Positions 28,361 to 43,200 of a stretch of 64,000 nucleotides of DNA are shown in pieces. The notes below the pieces were generated by a model. The model saw only the letters and a program-made list of their open reading frames with translations. It did not search any database and was not told the origin of the DNA. Origin of the DNA: Eledone cirrhosa (lineage: Eukaryota); contig OZ024742.1 of NCBI GenBank assembly GCA_964016885.1, forward strand, positions 26,102,001 to 26,166,000, read 5' to 3'. Numbering within the stretch: the first letter of the stretch is position 1; each line of letters begins with the position of its first letter. The translations under genes were made by a program, and so were the position numbers.

Positions 28361-29407
28361 CTGATAATATAGGAAATTAATCTGATAATACTTTATAAGA
28401 TTATGACTGCAATAACAGCAGCAACATTAAGAGTTATAATACAGGAATGAAAGAAAGTAAAATTAACAAGTGTAATAAAACAATATATCGTGAAAAATAG
28501 CCTTAATATTACATCTTTAATTATGGAGAAAGTGCAGAAGTACACAAGCAGAGAGAGTGGCTGACAATTCACTAACAAATTATATATATCAATAGAGAAA
28601 ACTATGGTAAGATCCTACAGTATCGCTTACACGTAAGACAGACTATAACATAATACTGAAAACCCCTGTAAGGATAGTTTTCATTTCTGAATGTCTTTCC
28701 TGATGAACGAACAACAACAACATTAATTTAGCTGTCGTACCAGTGAAGTTATCATTAAAAGATATTTAGAAACTCAACAAGGTTAAGTGTTTAAAAGTTT
28801 TGTTCCTGAACTGATCTCACGAAATATCAACCTAAACAAATGCACTTTACCAGAGATCGACTTAGGTAATTGAAAACCATGTGAGTGAAGCTCAGTGAAG
28901 GGAAACTGTGTGGAAGCCCGAATGATGGAATGAATCTATTATTTGAAGGCGCTCGTCGTGATTATGACCTCTGAAATAGTATCTGGTCTTAGATATTAAT
29001 ATATTGAAACATCTTGATATAAGCAGACTTATTGTTTCAGAAAAAATGAGTAAAGCACAAATCTTTCATAAGTGTATATTTATTATGTACATAGCATAGG
29101 TAGAGGGGCTCGTGGCGTTTAAATATAATCTTCAGCTCACAATCATAACATAGCTACCCACCTGCCCCAAGTTTATCTTTTATTCTCATTTCCGTTCTTA
29201 TCCTCATTATCATTATCATCATTTCAGTGAGGATTAACGACAACAGCAAACTCATCACCTACAAATTAAAAATGAAAAGAGTGAATTTGTATATAGATAT
29301 ATTTATATTCAGATGCAAATCCGCCAGCAGCTGAAAAATGGCTATCCGAAGAGAATCCATACAGCCTTGTCCGTTCCTTTCTTACTAAAGGATATAATAA
29401 CATTTCT

Positions 29408-29492
<85 letters not shown>

Positions 29493-29495
<3 letters not shown>

Positions 29496-29862
29496 GTTAA
29501 CCTTGGTATTCCTCTTCCAGTGTGTCCATGTAGGGGCTCCCACAGGAGCACTGAGTGCAATGTCAACTCTGGATGTCGGTGAGCATGTCCAGTTAACCTC
29601 AGTCTCCTATATATGTATATATATAAGGAGACTGAGATTAGCTGGACATGTTCACCGACATCCAGATTTGACAATGCACTCAGTGCTCCTGTGGGAGCCC
29701 CTACATGGACACACTGGAAGAGGAACACCAAGGTTAACGTATGTTGATGCCCTAAGGGCAGACACTGGTCTGTTGGAGACACAGGAAATGGCAGCGATAA
29801 TGAGGGACAGAAACCGCTGGAGAAAACTCGGCCATCGATCTTGGGAATTTTACCCGCCCTAG
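29493..29862 (+). mobile_element. RTE-like LINE 3' end with an inverted duplicate (29493-29608 / 29627-29741)
   Basis: RRLRLAGHVHRHP..VLLWEPLHGHTGRGTPRLTYVDALRADTG..MRDRNRWR, typical of the RTE-group ORF C-terminus. Confidence 0.85.
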
Positions 29863-30607
29863 AATATATATATATATATATATATACGGGGAGGCAAATA
29901 AAATGTAAACGGAAACAACAAAGCATAAAACAGAAGTAAAATAAGGAAATATATTTTATTAACGCTAAATATAGTTGGAGAACTATTTGAAGGTTTCGAA
30001 CACGAGTCATTCATCAGAAGATAGAATAGGAACTAAAAGATGAACTAGAAAGAGAAAGAGTAAAATTATTTGAGAAATAACAGGCGTCTAACCAGTCATC
30101 TGTTTTCGAGGAATGAATATACACATGGGGCGGATATGTGTGTATTAAAAAAATATTTCATATTATTTATTCTGAAATATTATATTATCATAAAAAAACT
30201 ATGCATGCCTAACTAAATAAATAAAACCACAATGAAAATCAAAATATCTTATAAAAATGATAACGCTAGGTCACTGTCGACGCAATATAACCGGTTGCTT
30301 TACGATACGAGTTGATAAGGTATAAGATATATCCTCCCTATACTATAAACACCAATAACCAATTGATATATAATTATATTTATACATTAAATACTTGATA
30401 TCCTTCAGAATCAGCTTCTGTCATGTCCAAATATGTTATTAGTTTCTGTAATAATAACGTCACGTGTATAGTTTCTACCGCCCAGTTGTTCTCATTTTTT
30501 ACTGCTCACTTTTTATTAATTTCCTTGTCATAACGAAAACATAATTATATATGTATGTGTGTGTATAAATATAAAGATATATATACATACATATAAATAT
30601 ATATACA

Positions 30608-30658
<51 letters not shown>

Positions 30659-30661
<3 letters not shown>

Positions 30662-31237
30662 TAAACGGAATAGAAAATGCTGACAAATTGTTCACAGTTG
30701 AAAAATGGTTTAATTAGGAATAAAAGAGTATTAGTAATTGTATGGGTTAGTATTCAGTTGTGGTTTTAAGTTTTTAAGTTTTTACCGGTTGCGCATTTCT
30801 AAATGCTTTTCAAAAATAATTTTGAGATAGAGTGTCCGTGTTGTTTGCTCTGATCTGATTAGTTTTGGGAATTCTACCTGTTTCTATGTTAAAAAAGTGG
30901 CTCCAGCGCTACTTTGGTGTTGCAAATATTCTTGTGGTCAAAACAATTTTGATTGGTCGGTAGAGGTCATGTGAATGTAAAAAATTGATTTTGCGCCAAG
31001 ACTGGTTTTATGTTAAAAAAGTGGCTCCAGCGCTACTTTGTTGTTGCAAAAATTCTTGTGGTCAAACCAATTTTGATTGGTCGGTAGAGGTCATGTGAAT
31101 AAAAAATTGATTTTGCGCCAAGACTGAGAAATGACTCTTTCACAACAAATATGTGTGTGTGTGTGTAGTAGTAGTAGTAAGGTGTTCGATGTTGTGATAA
31201 TGGTTAGCAGGGATGTGTGTCAAATGGCTATTAAGAT

Positions 31238-31310
<73 letters not shown>

Positions 31311-32452
31311 GCAGAGTAATTCGTGGTAGCAGGGATGGTCAGTAAAAATGTGTCTGTAAGCAGTGGGGGGTATTTTAGCATGTCAAAAGGTATTTTTCAG
31401 CTTTTGTCTTATACGGAGAAGTGTGTGTCTGTGTGTATAAGTCTCTTTGTATGTTAATGTACGCGTGTGTATGTGTGTGTGTATATGTGTGTGTGTATGT
31501 GTGTGTCTGTGTGTGTGATAATGTGTGGGTGGACCAGTATTTTTTTCCCCCCTGCTAAAATGGTGTACATTATTCGATTTTTTCAGTAAAATCGGTTCTC
31601 TTAATAGAACATCAAAAATCTTAACAATAAAAGTTGTGAAATGATATTCACTATATATATATATATATATATACATACATATATTCACTATATATATATA
31701 TATATATATACACATACATATATACACATATATTCTTTTGTGTTGCACCATAGAGCATGTGTGTTTACGTATGTTATTGTGTTTATATGTGGGTAGAGAT
31801 GTGTGCTGATGTAGGTATGTATGTTGACGTGTGTATGTTGTGGGTTCGTCTTAGTGAGAAGTGTTTAGACGTGGTCCGTATTTGTTAATGAAGTAAGATT
31901 CCTTGCTGATGCGCTGGGTGTGGGTGGCATTATCTTTAAATTTGTAGAGGGGAAAGATTCTGAAGTTGGGATGATTTTGGGCGGCCCAGGTATCAATGTG
32001 TTAACTCAGTGGTATTTTCCTGTATTCCCGTATTTTAATTTGGGATGAACAGTCATATGTTGGCGGAGGCTGTTTTTGGTCTGGCCTATGTATTGTTCTC
32101 GACAACCTGAGCAAGTTAATACATTGTAATAGATTTTGCGATGCACATGTGAAATTGTGTTTTACTATAAAACGTTGTCCTTCTTTGAAATAGAATTCCG
32201 AACCCTCTATTAGGTTGATGCAAATGCCACAGTTGGGTCTATCGCATTTTTTTACTGTGGGTTTCGTTGTTGTGGTTGGCAGTACTTTGTCATGTGTTAA
32301 AATGTTTTTCATTGACTTGAATTGTCTTTTGCTCTTTATAATATCGTGTGTTCGTAGGATTTGGTTCATTCTATGGTCCTTTTTCAACACAGGGATGTTC
32401 TGGAGGATGGTGTCAAAGGCCTCATTGTTGAGGGGGTTGTTTGTGGAGATGT
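30659..32452 (-). mobile_element. Second, 5'-truncated copy of the Neptune-type PLE (endonuclease + 3' UTR)
   Basis: ORF 32001-32480 is nearly identical to 3546-4073 (KCDRPNCGICINLIEGS); truncation point corresponds to ~3483 of copy 1. Confidence 0.95.
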
Positions 32453-32456
32453 ATTT

Positions 32457-32673
32457 ATTCACATGACCTCTACCGACCAATCAAAATTATTTTGACCACA
32501 AGAATTTTTGCAAACACCAAGTAGCGCTGGAGCCACTTTTTTAACATAAAACAAGTCTTGGCGCAAAATTAATTTTTTACATTCACATGACCTCTACCGA
32601 CCAATCAAAATTGTTTTGACCACAAGAATTTTTGCAACACCAAAGTAGCGCTGGAGCCACTTTTTTAACATAA
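32457..32673 (+). repeat. Inverted pseudo-LTR piece, two 124-bp tandem units
   Basis: 'attcacatgacctctaccgaccaatc' at 32457 and 32581; mirror of 30885-31125; single unit at ~4976-5060. Confidence 0.9.
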
Positions 32674-32865
32674 AAATATATATATATATAATATATACAT
32701 ATAAGTATATATATAAATATATATATATACATATAAATATAAATATGAATATATATATATATATTTATATATACATATAAATATATATATACATATATAC
32801 ATATAAATATATATATATATATACATATAAATATAAATATATATATATATATACATATCAATATA

Positions 32866-32901
<36 letters not shown>

Positions 32902-32916
32902 CATACATTTACATAT

Positions 32917-32971
<55 letters not shown>

Positions 32972-33285
32972 CATACATATATATATATATATATTTACAT
33001 ATAAATATATATATATATATATATATATTTAAAGGTTAAACAAGGTTCAATGAATAAATCAAAGAATGAGTTTTTTACAATAGATTGGAACAACTACCAT
33101 GATTTAATATTAACCATCTACTCTGTCAGGGTGTGTCATGCATCATCTTATTTTATCTGAGGAGGTCGTACTTTTGAAGATAGCTCAGTACCTCTAAAAT
33201 ATGTTTAATAAAATATACTTGATCACACGAATTTCTATTTTTGTTAATATTTTTAATTAACTTATATATATATATATATATATAT

Positions 33286-36057
33286 ACGTGGGAAAGTATT
33301 AAATCGGAGAATAGGCCGTTAAAACATGTTTATTTAAAACAGCACGTACGTACGTTTCGCCCAGTTGGGCTTCTCAAGGGCATAAATAATTCTAATAAAA
33401 AACTCCTTCCGAGCAATGTAAGGAACATTTTGATTATTTATGTTTGGTGTAAGATGTGTGTTGTCACCAATTTGTTTCAAGATGTAAATTCCAATTTAGC
33501 GGAGAAGTATATTTCAGAAGTTGTAATGTTGCCACGAGGAACCAGGTTTGGTAGAAAGATATGATAGGAATATCAACAACGACTTTACCTTGGTTTTACA
33601 TTATTTATTAACAGAGGTTGAGCTGGCATGCCAAGAGAAATAAAATAATTCAATTAAGATTACAAGAGAAAATACGGGCGACTGCCTGAAGGCGTTTGGC
33701 CAGGCTCGAAGGTAATGTTTTGTCGTTACATATTGTTTGCGCTGGCGGAGCAAAAGAACAAGCGGTTTTTACTTAGCATGGTCAAGCCTGGAAGTCCTCT
33801 AGCATGGAAGTGTTTCTGTCCTCAATCTTTGCGGGCTATTTCTCCCTCAGAACGCGTAGGGATACATCTTCTTCTACTGGCGCTGATTGGCTGAGCTGAG
33901 CCAAATCACGCACAGAGAATGTATGTGAGCCCGCGGAATGTAGGTCACTACTTCACCTCCGAGCAGATTTTCAGCCGAAAATCGTTAACGAAGAAACCGA
34001 GGACCTACAGATAATTGAATCAGCAAGAACAAATGCTGAAAGTGCACATCAATGAAAAAATAATTGAGCAGAAAGATGCATGCAAGAACAAAAAAAATTA
34101 GGCGCGACGGGCCGTGTTGAGCCGCTGTGAAATGACTAGCTGTTTTGTAGTTTAAACGTGACAAAGGTCTAACAGAAAACAGATAAAGTCTGACATGGGC
34201 GAAGTTGCTGATCTTGCATTAAATGTTAATGGTAAGCGTTGTACCAGTAGCTGTGAACGAAGCTAATATGGTAGTTTACCAGTGCTGGCGAGAAAATGAT
34301 GGCCTCCCAGATGTATTGCCGAATGTGCTATGGAGCCAGGAAAAAATGGCATGTTGCTTTGATAAGGAAAAAAAAGCAAGTTGAGTCTGTAGGTGAGTTG
34401 CAGTTCCATGTAACACAGCAAAGAAAATGTGTGCGTGCGGTCAATATATAATGATAGAGAGAAATGAATTTTCATATATTACAGTTTAAAAAAAATAAAT
34501 GTCCAAAATAAATGCGTGAAAAAAAAAAGGAAGAAAGAAAGAATTGTTGTTAAAGCAAAGTCACAATGAATCTTCTGTAGAGTCGAATTCGAGCGTTGAA
34601 GAACCTAGCGTCACCGATATGGCAGCCACGTCTGACGCCATAATAGTGAGAAAACTAATGTTTTAATTTCTCGAGTCCTTGTTGTAACGAGACAGCCGGT
34701 ACGGTGGTTGCGTCGGTAAAGTTACAAGCCGTTTCCTAGTAATATAGCCATGTGTTGTAGCTGATGGCTGTTACTTGGTGGTAGCCGTTTTGAAATCTCC
34801 TCGTGGCGTAAAGTTTTGGAAATACTGCTAATTTTTTTTTTTTCCAAAAATATTCTAATAAAAACTTGAAAATATTCTAAAGAAAAAAAATTATTTTCGA
34901 TGATGGCCGATCGAAAAATGTGTCCGTGATGAAGAGGCCGTCATGTGGCACGATGCAGCCTATCAGACGGCTGGGATCGAAGAAGACAAGCTGAACGCGC
35001 GAAAACAACATTTTTGAGACTCCATTTGCAATTTCAACAGAACGTTGAAAGCAAAATTATATATCCAGAGAAATTCTTTTTTTTTATTCTTTTTTTTTTT
35101 TTTTTCTGTCTTTATCAGACTACGCTCGCAATAATAATGTTTAATCAAAAAGAGAAATTTTTTGTTAGACGTCGAAAAAAAACGCTTTCTTTTGTGTTGT
35201 ATTTTTTTGTTCGTCTGTATGCGTGAGTCAGCAGAACGTTATGACAGAAATATTGTGCAGGTCGTGTGCTTCAACAAATGGAATATTATGATTTATTTGG
35301 ACTTACGCTAAGCGAGTCTAGCAAGCCGATTCGAATATTCCATTTGCTAAGCCACTCCATAATGCCGTTAAAATGAATGGCCAATACAAATAGGCTGCGT
35401 TTTCATTTTTTATCGTCGGAGGGTCACCAATTTGGTGTAAGATGTGTGTTGTCACCAATTTGTTTCAAGATGTAAATTCCAATTTAGCGGAGAAGTATAT
35501 TTCAGAAGTTGTAATGTTGCCACGAGGAACCAGGTTTGGTAGAAAGATATGATAGGAATATCAACAACGACTTTAGCTTGGTTTTACATTATTTATTAAC
35601 AGAGGTTGAGCTGGCATGCCAAGAGAAATAAAATAATTCAATTACGATTACAAGAGAAAATAAGGGCGACTGCCTGAAGGCTCGTAGGTAATGTTTTGTC
35701 GTTACATATTGTTTGCGCTGGCGGAGCAAAAGAACAAGCGGTTTTTACTTAGCATGGTCAAGCCTGGAAGTCCTCTAGCCTAGAAGTGTTTGTGTCCTCA
35801 AATCTTTGCGGGCTATTTCTCCCTCCGAACGCGTAGGGATACATCCTCTTCTACTGGGAACTTTGAACCAGCAACACGCATAATGTAACGGTGAGATTTT
35901 GCACCCTAGCCTCGCCGGCTTTTCGGCGCAATGGCACATTCCCTTTTGTAACCTCTACAATGCCATTGAGAAGCCCAACTGGGCGAAACGTACATAGGTG
36001 CTGTTTTAAATAAAGATGTTATAAAGGCCTATTCTCCGATTTCTTACTTTCCGACGT
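33286..36057. mobile_element. Non-coding composite: ~95-bp inverted termini carrying HHR motifs, ~430-bp internal direct repeats
   Basis: 33286-33383 is the reverse complement of 35960-36056; 33443-33880 matches 35431-35856. Confidence 0.8.
33342..33381 (-). ncRNA. Minimal hammerhead variant with U3-A8; second copy 35962-36001(+)
   Basis: gccc-TTGAGAA-gccc/aact/gggc-GAAA-cgtacg-TA; palindromic stem III; stem I weak. Confidence 0.6.
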
Positions 36058-36219
36058 GCTTACGCTCTGCTAAGTCTCTAGCCCACTAAATATTAACACT
36101 TCGAATATTTAATACTGCGCGCACTAGTATGGAGCGCCTTTAGCATATGCTACTTGGTAAATAACTACATGTATCACCTAACCCCCCTCCCTCTTTTTCT
36201 CTTTTTCGATACGTAAATA

Positions 36220-36851
<632 letters not shown>

Positions 36852-36979
36852 AAAGTTATATTTAAATTGTTGGGTTACAACTAGTAAATATTTATAACTG
36901 ATATAAAAGCACTCAACAAGTATTTGGAGTATATTTACGATATTAAATAAATGGAAACTATATTTATAAAACCATATTT

Positions 36980-37043
36980 ATTTCATTATATATATTTCAG
37001 CGATATCATATTAACAATATGTTATGCTTTCTTCAGACAAAAT
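36980..37043 (-). ncRNA. Type I hammerhead ribozyme
   Basis: attttgt-CTGAAGA-aagcataacatatt/gtt/aatatgatatcgct-GAAA-tatata-TA-atgaaat. Confidence 0.65.
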
Positions 37044-37150
37044 ACAATATAGACAGTTTTATAGATAAATAGATTTGACATACCGTTCAACATCGACTTG
37101 TATTTGAAAAAGTTGATATATATATATATATATATATACCTGTATATGTG

Positions 37151-37181
<31 letters not shown>

Positions 37182-37231
37182 TGTATATATATATATACAA
37201 GTATATGTATATATATATATATATATACCTG

Positions 37232-37269
<38 letters not shown>

Positions 37270-37373
37270 TATTGAAGTTTTCGTTGAAAATTGAAAAAGT
37301 CATAGGAGTGAAGAGTGCTCTATGTAACTTACAGAGCTAAATTTAATGTATAATAAACAATACAATATAATTA

Positions 37374-37441
37374 CCTAATTACCAGAGGTTTCCCGAATAA
37401 GACGAATACAAGAAACGTCCTCATTCGTTCGTCAGACAAGG
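37374..37441 (-). ncRNA. Type I hammerhead ribozyme
   Basis: ccttgt-CTGACGA-a-cgaatgaggacg/cgtcttattcg-g-GAAA-cctctgg-TA-attagg; GUA triplet. Confidence 0.65.
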
Positions 37442-37908
37442 CAATTTTAAACATAGTGAAATATTTGAAAAATCTCCTCAAGAAAGGCAAAAGTTTAACG
37501 GGCCAAAAAATATATAAATAAAACTAATGCAATATATATATATATAAATAAAATAAGGAAAATAGTAAAGGTATATGTACAAATGTGTGTATATGCACCT
37601 CTAAATGTACATATGTGTGTATGTACAAATGCATGTGTATAGTAAAAACATGTGTGCGTAAGTACATACATGCGGCCAAGCATATTACTGTATTTGTACA
37701 CAAATACGTATATAATATATGCTTAAAAAAGAAATTGTAAGACAATAGTGTTAGCGTGCATACAGACTGGGGGACTAAGGATTGAAATATATACACATAC
37801 AAGTAGGAAAGCACGCGTATAAACACACACACACGCGCAACCACGTACATGCATGTGATATATACAGAAGGGAGTGTATCAGTCAAAGCAGTGTCAGGCT
37901 GAAGGTCG

Positions 37909-37952
<44 letters not shown>

Positions 37953-38120
37953 GTGTGTGTATTTCTCCTATATTTTATTTTTATATTCTTGCATGACCTT
38001 TAACGTTCCCACTTTACTTCCAATTCTGAGCCAATTTGTATTTGTATTCTCTGGATCTCTCACTCTATTAGTAATCTCTCCCCCCCCCCCATCTCTCTCT
38101 CTCTCCCTCCATCTCTCTCA

Positions 38121-38156
<36 letters not shown>

Positions 38157-40071
38157 TACTCTCTCTCTATCTATCTATCTATCTATCTGTCTATCTCTGA
38201 ATCTCTCTATCTCTCTCTCAGTTGTCCTTTTTTCTTGCTTTACGTATTGATCACTGAACAAATAATAATACTAACAATAAGGAAGAAAAAAAGAAGATGT
38301 TTACTTTCTTTTTTTATTTGTTACCCACTATTTGTTAAGACGTTGGGGATAAGTTCTATAGCGAGAAACATAGGAACACAACAAACAATAAAGATATAAT
38401 TTGGTTTGTAGATAGCGTATAAAGCATTAGCTTAGACATGGCAATAATATCATTAATAGATACAAAATAAAGCATAATTTTAACAAGAATTTGATCCCCG
38501 AAATGAGCGATAAACCTCCCAATGTGATACGAGGCAACCCATATAAAAACTAAATCGTGTTTCGTTATACCTGGATTTCATCTGTAAAGAATTCTGGGGA
38601 ATTGATATGAAATTGTACATATTTTAGAAAACAATAATCCAAGAATATTTTGGCTATTTTCTCTGACAACATACCTAAAAACGACTTAATTTCAACAACT
38701 GATTCCATGATAAAAATGACGCTAGTATGTAAATGGAATGGAATGTACCTCCGTCAGTGGTGACGATGAGTGTCCCAGTTGTTCAACCAGTTGAACAAAG
38801 CGTTGATGAATTTAAACAGTCGATTGTCCCTATCATAATTGTCAGTGAGATTCAACGAGACAGCATGTGACTAAGTTGGATCTTTGTCTTAAAGGTACAG
38901 GCAGCCCCTACGAGCTCCCAATCAGTCTCCGCCTATTTGATTACAATCTCAATGTATGGGACTACCCGGGTCTATGTTAAATGACACTTACCTATGATGC
39001 CACAGAGTGAGATCGAACCAGAGAGCCAATAATTGTGAAGTGGAATTTTTAGTCCTTCGCCATATTACGTCACGTCTATACTGTGTTAATAATTGACATA
39101 TCAATTGCAGAATTATATAATGCTGTGCAGGAATGAGTTGTAAAGTTGAGAACATGCATAGATACAGAGACTAAGTTGAATTAAAACGATTATAGAATTA
39201 CAGAAACTCTTTATCATACTGATGTAATTGGTACTATTAGAGTGATCTGTAAAGATGTCGCTAAAAGTAATATAACAATTGACATGTCTACCCTCCATAA
39301 AATAACATTACTAAGGCCTATAAACATTCGTATGCTATTTTCACATAGTAGAATATATCCGTGAATAACTATATCAATGTTTACCAAAATAAAAGTAAAG
39401 TTTTGATGTATGTCACATCACAAGACGGTGATCTTCACAGAGGGGCACACAGTCGATATCTGGGAAGACATATTATAAAACAACATGTCACTACATTTTA
39501 CTGTATATCTGTGAACATTCAAACATGCAATATTACATTGTAAGTCATTCTTGTAATTTTACTATATTCTTTGAAAGATCCCTGAGAGGTGACAGCCAAT
39601 ACGTATCCCTTGGTTTATTGAAGAAGTTTCGATTTTATTTTAAAAAACGTCCGAGATGTGGTACTGGAAACATATCCAATAAAAGACAGTATAAAGAATA
39701 TCAATAAAATATGATTCTCCTCATAAACAGAGGAATGTGAGTTTTTATTGAATTAATCGAATTACGTCAAACTTACACACCTTCAACCTACCCTGATACA
39801 TAGATACTTACTTATATGAGTGTATGTGTGTATAGGTCAAGATGTATATATAGATAAACACACACACACACGCACACATATATATACATATATATATATA
39901 ACGAAGGAGGTGTGGTAAGGAACCAGATGGTCCATAACGCACCAGAGTACTCAATACTTAGGGTAGTAGAGTGGGTAATAGGAAAAAGTGTCGAAAAGGT
40001 TTGAGCTCTGCCGTCGGAGTCACACACAAGGCTGTTAATATTAGGCGTATATACATATGTATCTCTGTGTG

Positions 40072-40118
<47 letters not shown>

Positions 40119-40160
40119 ATGTATATACATATATATGTATGTATGTATATATATGTATGA

Positions 40161-40205
<45 letters not shown>

Positions 40206-43200
40206 CATATATATATATACACACACACACACATATATATATATACATATATATATATATAGGAGCAATTCTAACACATATATGTCCTAGAAACGATCGT
40301 TAAATAATGAACTTTTTTTGTTTAATATAAGGAACTGTTTCATTGTTTTATTCATTATTTTTTTAACATTTTACATATATATATATATATATACACACAT
40401 ACATACATGCATATATACATACACACAGAGATACATATGTATATACGCCTAATATTAACAGCCTTATGTGTGACTAATCAAAACCGTAATAAAGGTACAA
40501 GGAACAAGAGAAAGCAATGTAAAGTTCCATATATAAACAATAAAATAGAGAAACGACCAACCTTTCCTATACTTATATAACTAGCTATCAAACTGTATCG
40601 GATTTTAATATTAAGAAATATCTAAAGAAATATAGAGACCTGGGAGCTATACCTCCGGGATATTCTCCGATCAGGTGTTACACAAAATAACACAACTGTG
40701 GGTGTATATGTTTATTACTATGTCTTGAGAGGTGGGCTCATTAATGATTTTCGTGGTTTCCTGTATTTGTGGATATTTGTAATGGTATGATGGTAAAACG
40801 TGTCCTCAGCGTGGAGATGTGGTCGAAATGCTTACAATAAAATAAACTCCACTAAAAGAAGCCAGGGGCCATGTGATAATACTAAACAAGGTGACAGTCT
40901 ATGTATGCATTATAAGTATACAAGAGTCAAACAAAAAACTTAAACAAATGCTGCAAGGCATCGCGTGCAACAATTTAATGATTTCGCTACTCCAGCAGCC
41001 TAGCCTGATACGTTGTTTGTCAATCAAGGAATGATGAAAGGCAAAGTTGAACATTTTGTGAGTTCAACACACACCATGGAACTGGAAGGAATATAGCAAG
41101 ACATTTCTTCCGACGCACTAAATGTTTGAGTCTTTGTAAGAGTCAACGCTTCCTCCATATATCCGCCGGGGCTGTGGGAGGCCAGCACATGGGACCACAT
41201 TTGCTCCCCATACGAGGGAGATGGAGACGATGACAGCGGGAGTTCGGCTGTTCTTTCATGTTTACTTAGGATACTATTTTCTATTGTAGTGATAAATAGA
41301 GTGGTGACATGTATTTTACAACTGCAACAGATAAAAGTAATTACCTTTTAGCACACAAATCTACTGAGTACTAAGCCTCCCTCGGGTCCGATGTCGAGTG
41401 TTCTCTTTGTACGAAGAAGAGACAATGTCTTGCTCAAGGGGATACCGCACTGCCAAGACCGAGAATCGAACTCACGATCTTATGACCGCGAGACGAACAC
41501 CTCTAAATTCTAATCCGCATGTTTTCTAAGCGATATGGAATATTAAAACAATGACAATCATATCCTGTGGATATACAGCGAATGTTTAGAATTACACACA
41601 TATACAATGATTTGGTGACGTTTTACCTGAACCAGAGACACATACTCTAACGAGTATTCAGGGTGGATTAACAAAATCTCGAGAAAAAGAGGCACACAAT
41701 GGAGCAGACTTGCGACACTGAAGCTCCATGTCTGTGGAATGTTCAGCCACTTACTCGTTCAAATCATGAGCAGGCTGTTCCACTAATTGAGCAATGGGAA
41801 AACTTGCCTTTCGTCCTTGAAGTTGACGTAAGCCCACTCTATTCCCTCTGTAGGTATTAATTTTACGAGAAGGGATTTTGATCTTATTTGCTCTACTTTT
41901 AAAAGTGGAGGAATGTTCATTTATTAATAGCCTATATCATGAAATTATCCTAATCTTATGTGATTGATATCTGGGCGAGACCTAACAGAACTAATATATG
42001 TATTGTTACTTTCCATTTCTCTTCAGGATATTTGGTCAGAAATTTATTTGAAGTCATGATTAAATCATACGAATTTACAACATTGATGCTGCGTATAAAG
42101 CGAAGATTGACGACATATGAGAAAACTTAAACGTGAAGTTTCAGTAAAATTCCTTCACGTCTAGATGTTATGATTTCTATACTCTCTTCTATACCTAAAA
42201 CACTTGTATGAGCAGCAAGTGTCAATTGTTGAGATTGCTTTCAATTCCAGCTTAAGTGCACTTCGTGTCACGTCTGAGATTTTTTCCCTTTGACTTCGAT
42301 TTAATTCTATCGTAAATTCTATAACTGATCACAGATCATGCTGTGAGTAGTGACGTTTCATACAATGCACACAGATCAGTTCAAAAGAATCTCCTTGCAG
42401 TATATATAACGATGTATGTGTTTGACAATTAAATGAAAAATACATTCTTAAATGCCGTGAAATTAATTTTGTTAATTTTCCATTGACGCGGCATGTTCTG
42501 TATGTGTATTGTCATGACTACAATAGAATATTTTTCATTTGGGTTACGTATACAATATAAAATATCAAAAATAAAAATAAAATGTACAGTATGTTAGTGA
42601 ATGTCAAAATGTACAATATTCTGGTCCTCAGAAGCATATACGTTCCATCTATGTATGTTAACTCCATTGTTTTTAAGGTGTACATTCCTATGTAGAGTGA
42701 TCTAGTGATATATTTTCTAAACATATCTCATTTAATATATTTCATACTGTTATTTGCTGTATCCAGTTGACTAGTCTCACATATATGGTGACATTCAGTT
42801 GAATCTAAAGTAGACTATAATAGATTAAAGGCCAGTAATTTGGTGAATAATCATTACAGACATAAATTCCTTCCATTTCTGACAGACATATTCACACTGT
42901 CTCTCACATAAAGATTCTAATATAACATACATTTTATATCATACAACAAAAATTAAATCTATCTTGAAAAAAAAACTTAATTTCTCTATTTTCAAAGACG
43001 TACGTTATACATGAAATATTTTTATGTCAGAGCCGAGGAATGGCAGCAAGCCGATTTAGTCACGTGTGTATAAAATCTCTTTAGTAATCATATTATTGTA
43101 ATGTCACTTACAAGGCTACATATTTATATATTATAGGTTTCAATTAAAACTTATGGAATGGTTTTTATAGCATGATAGTGGAAGAAAATTTGTTTTTAAA

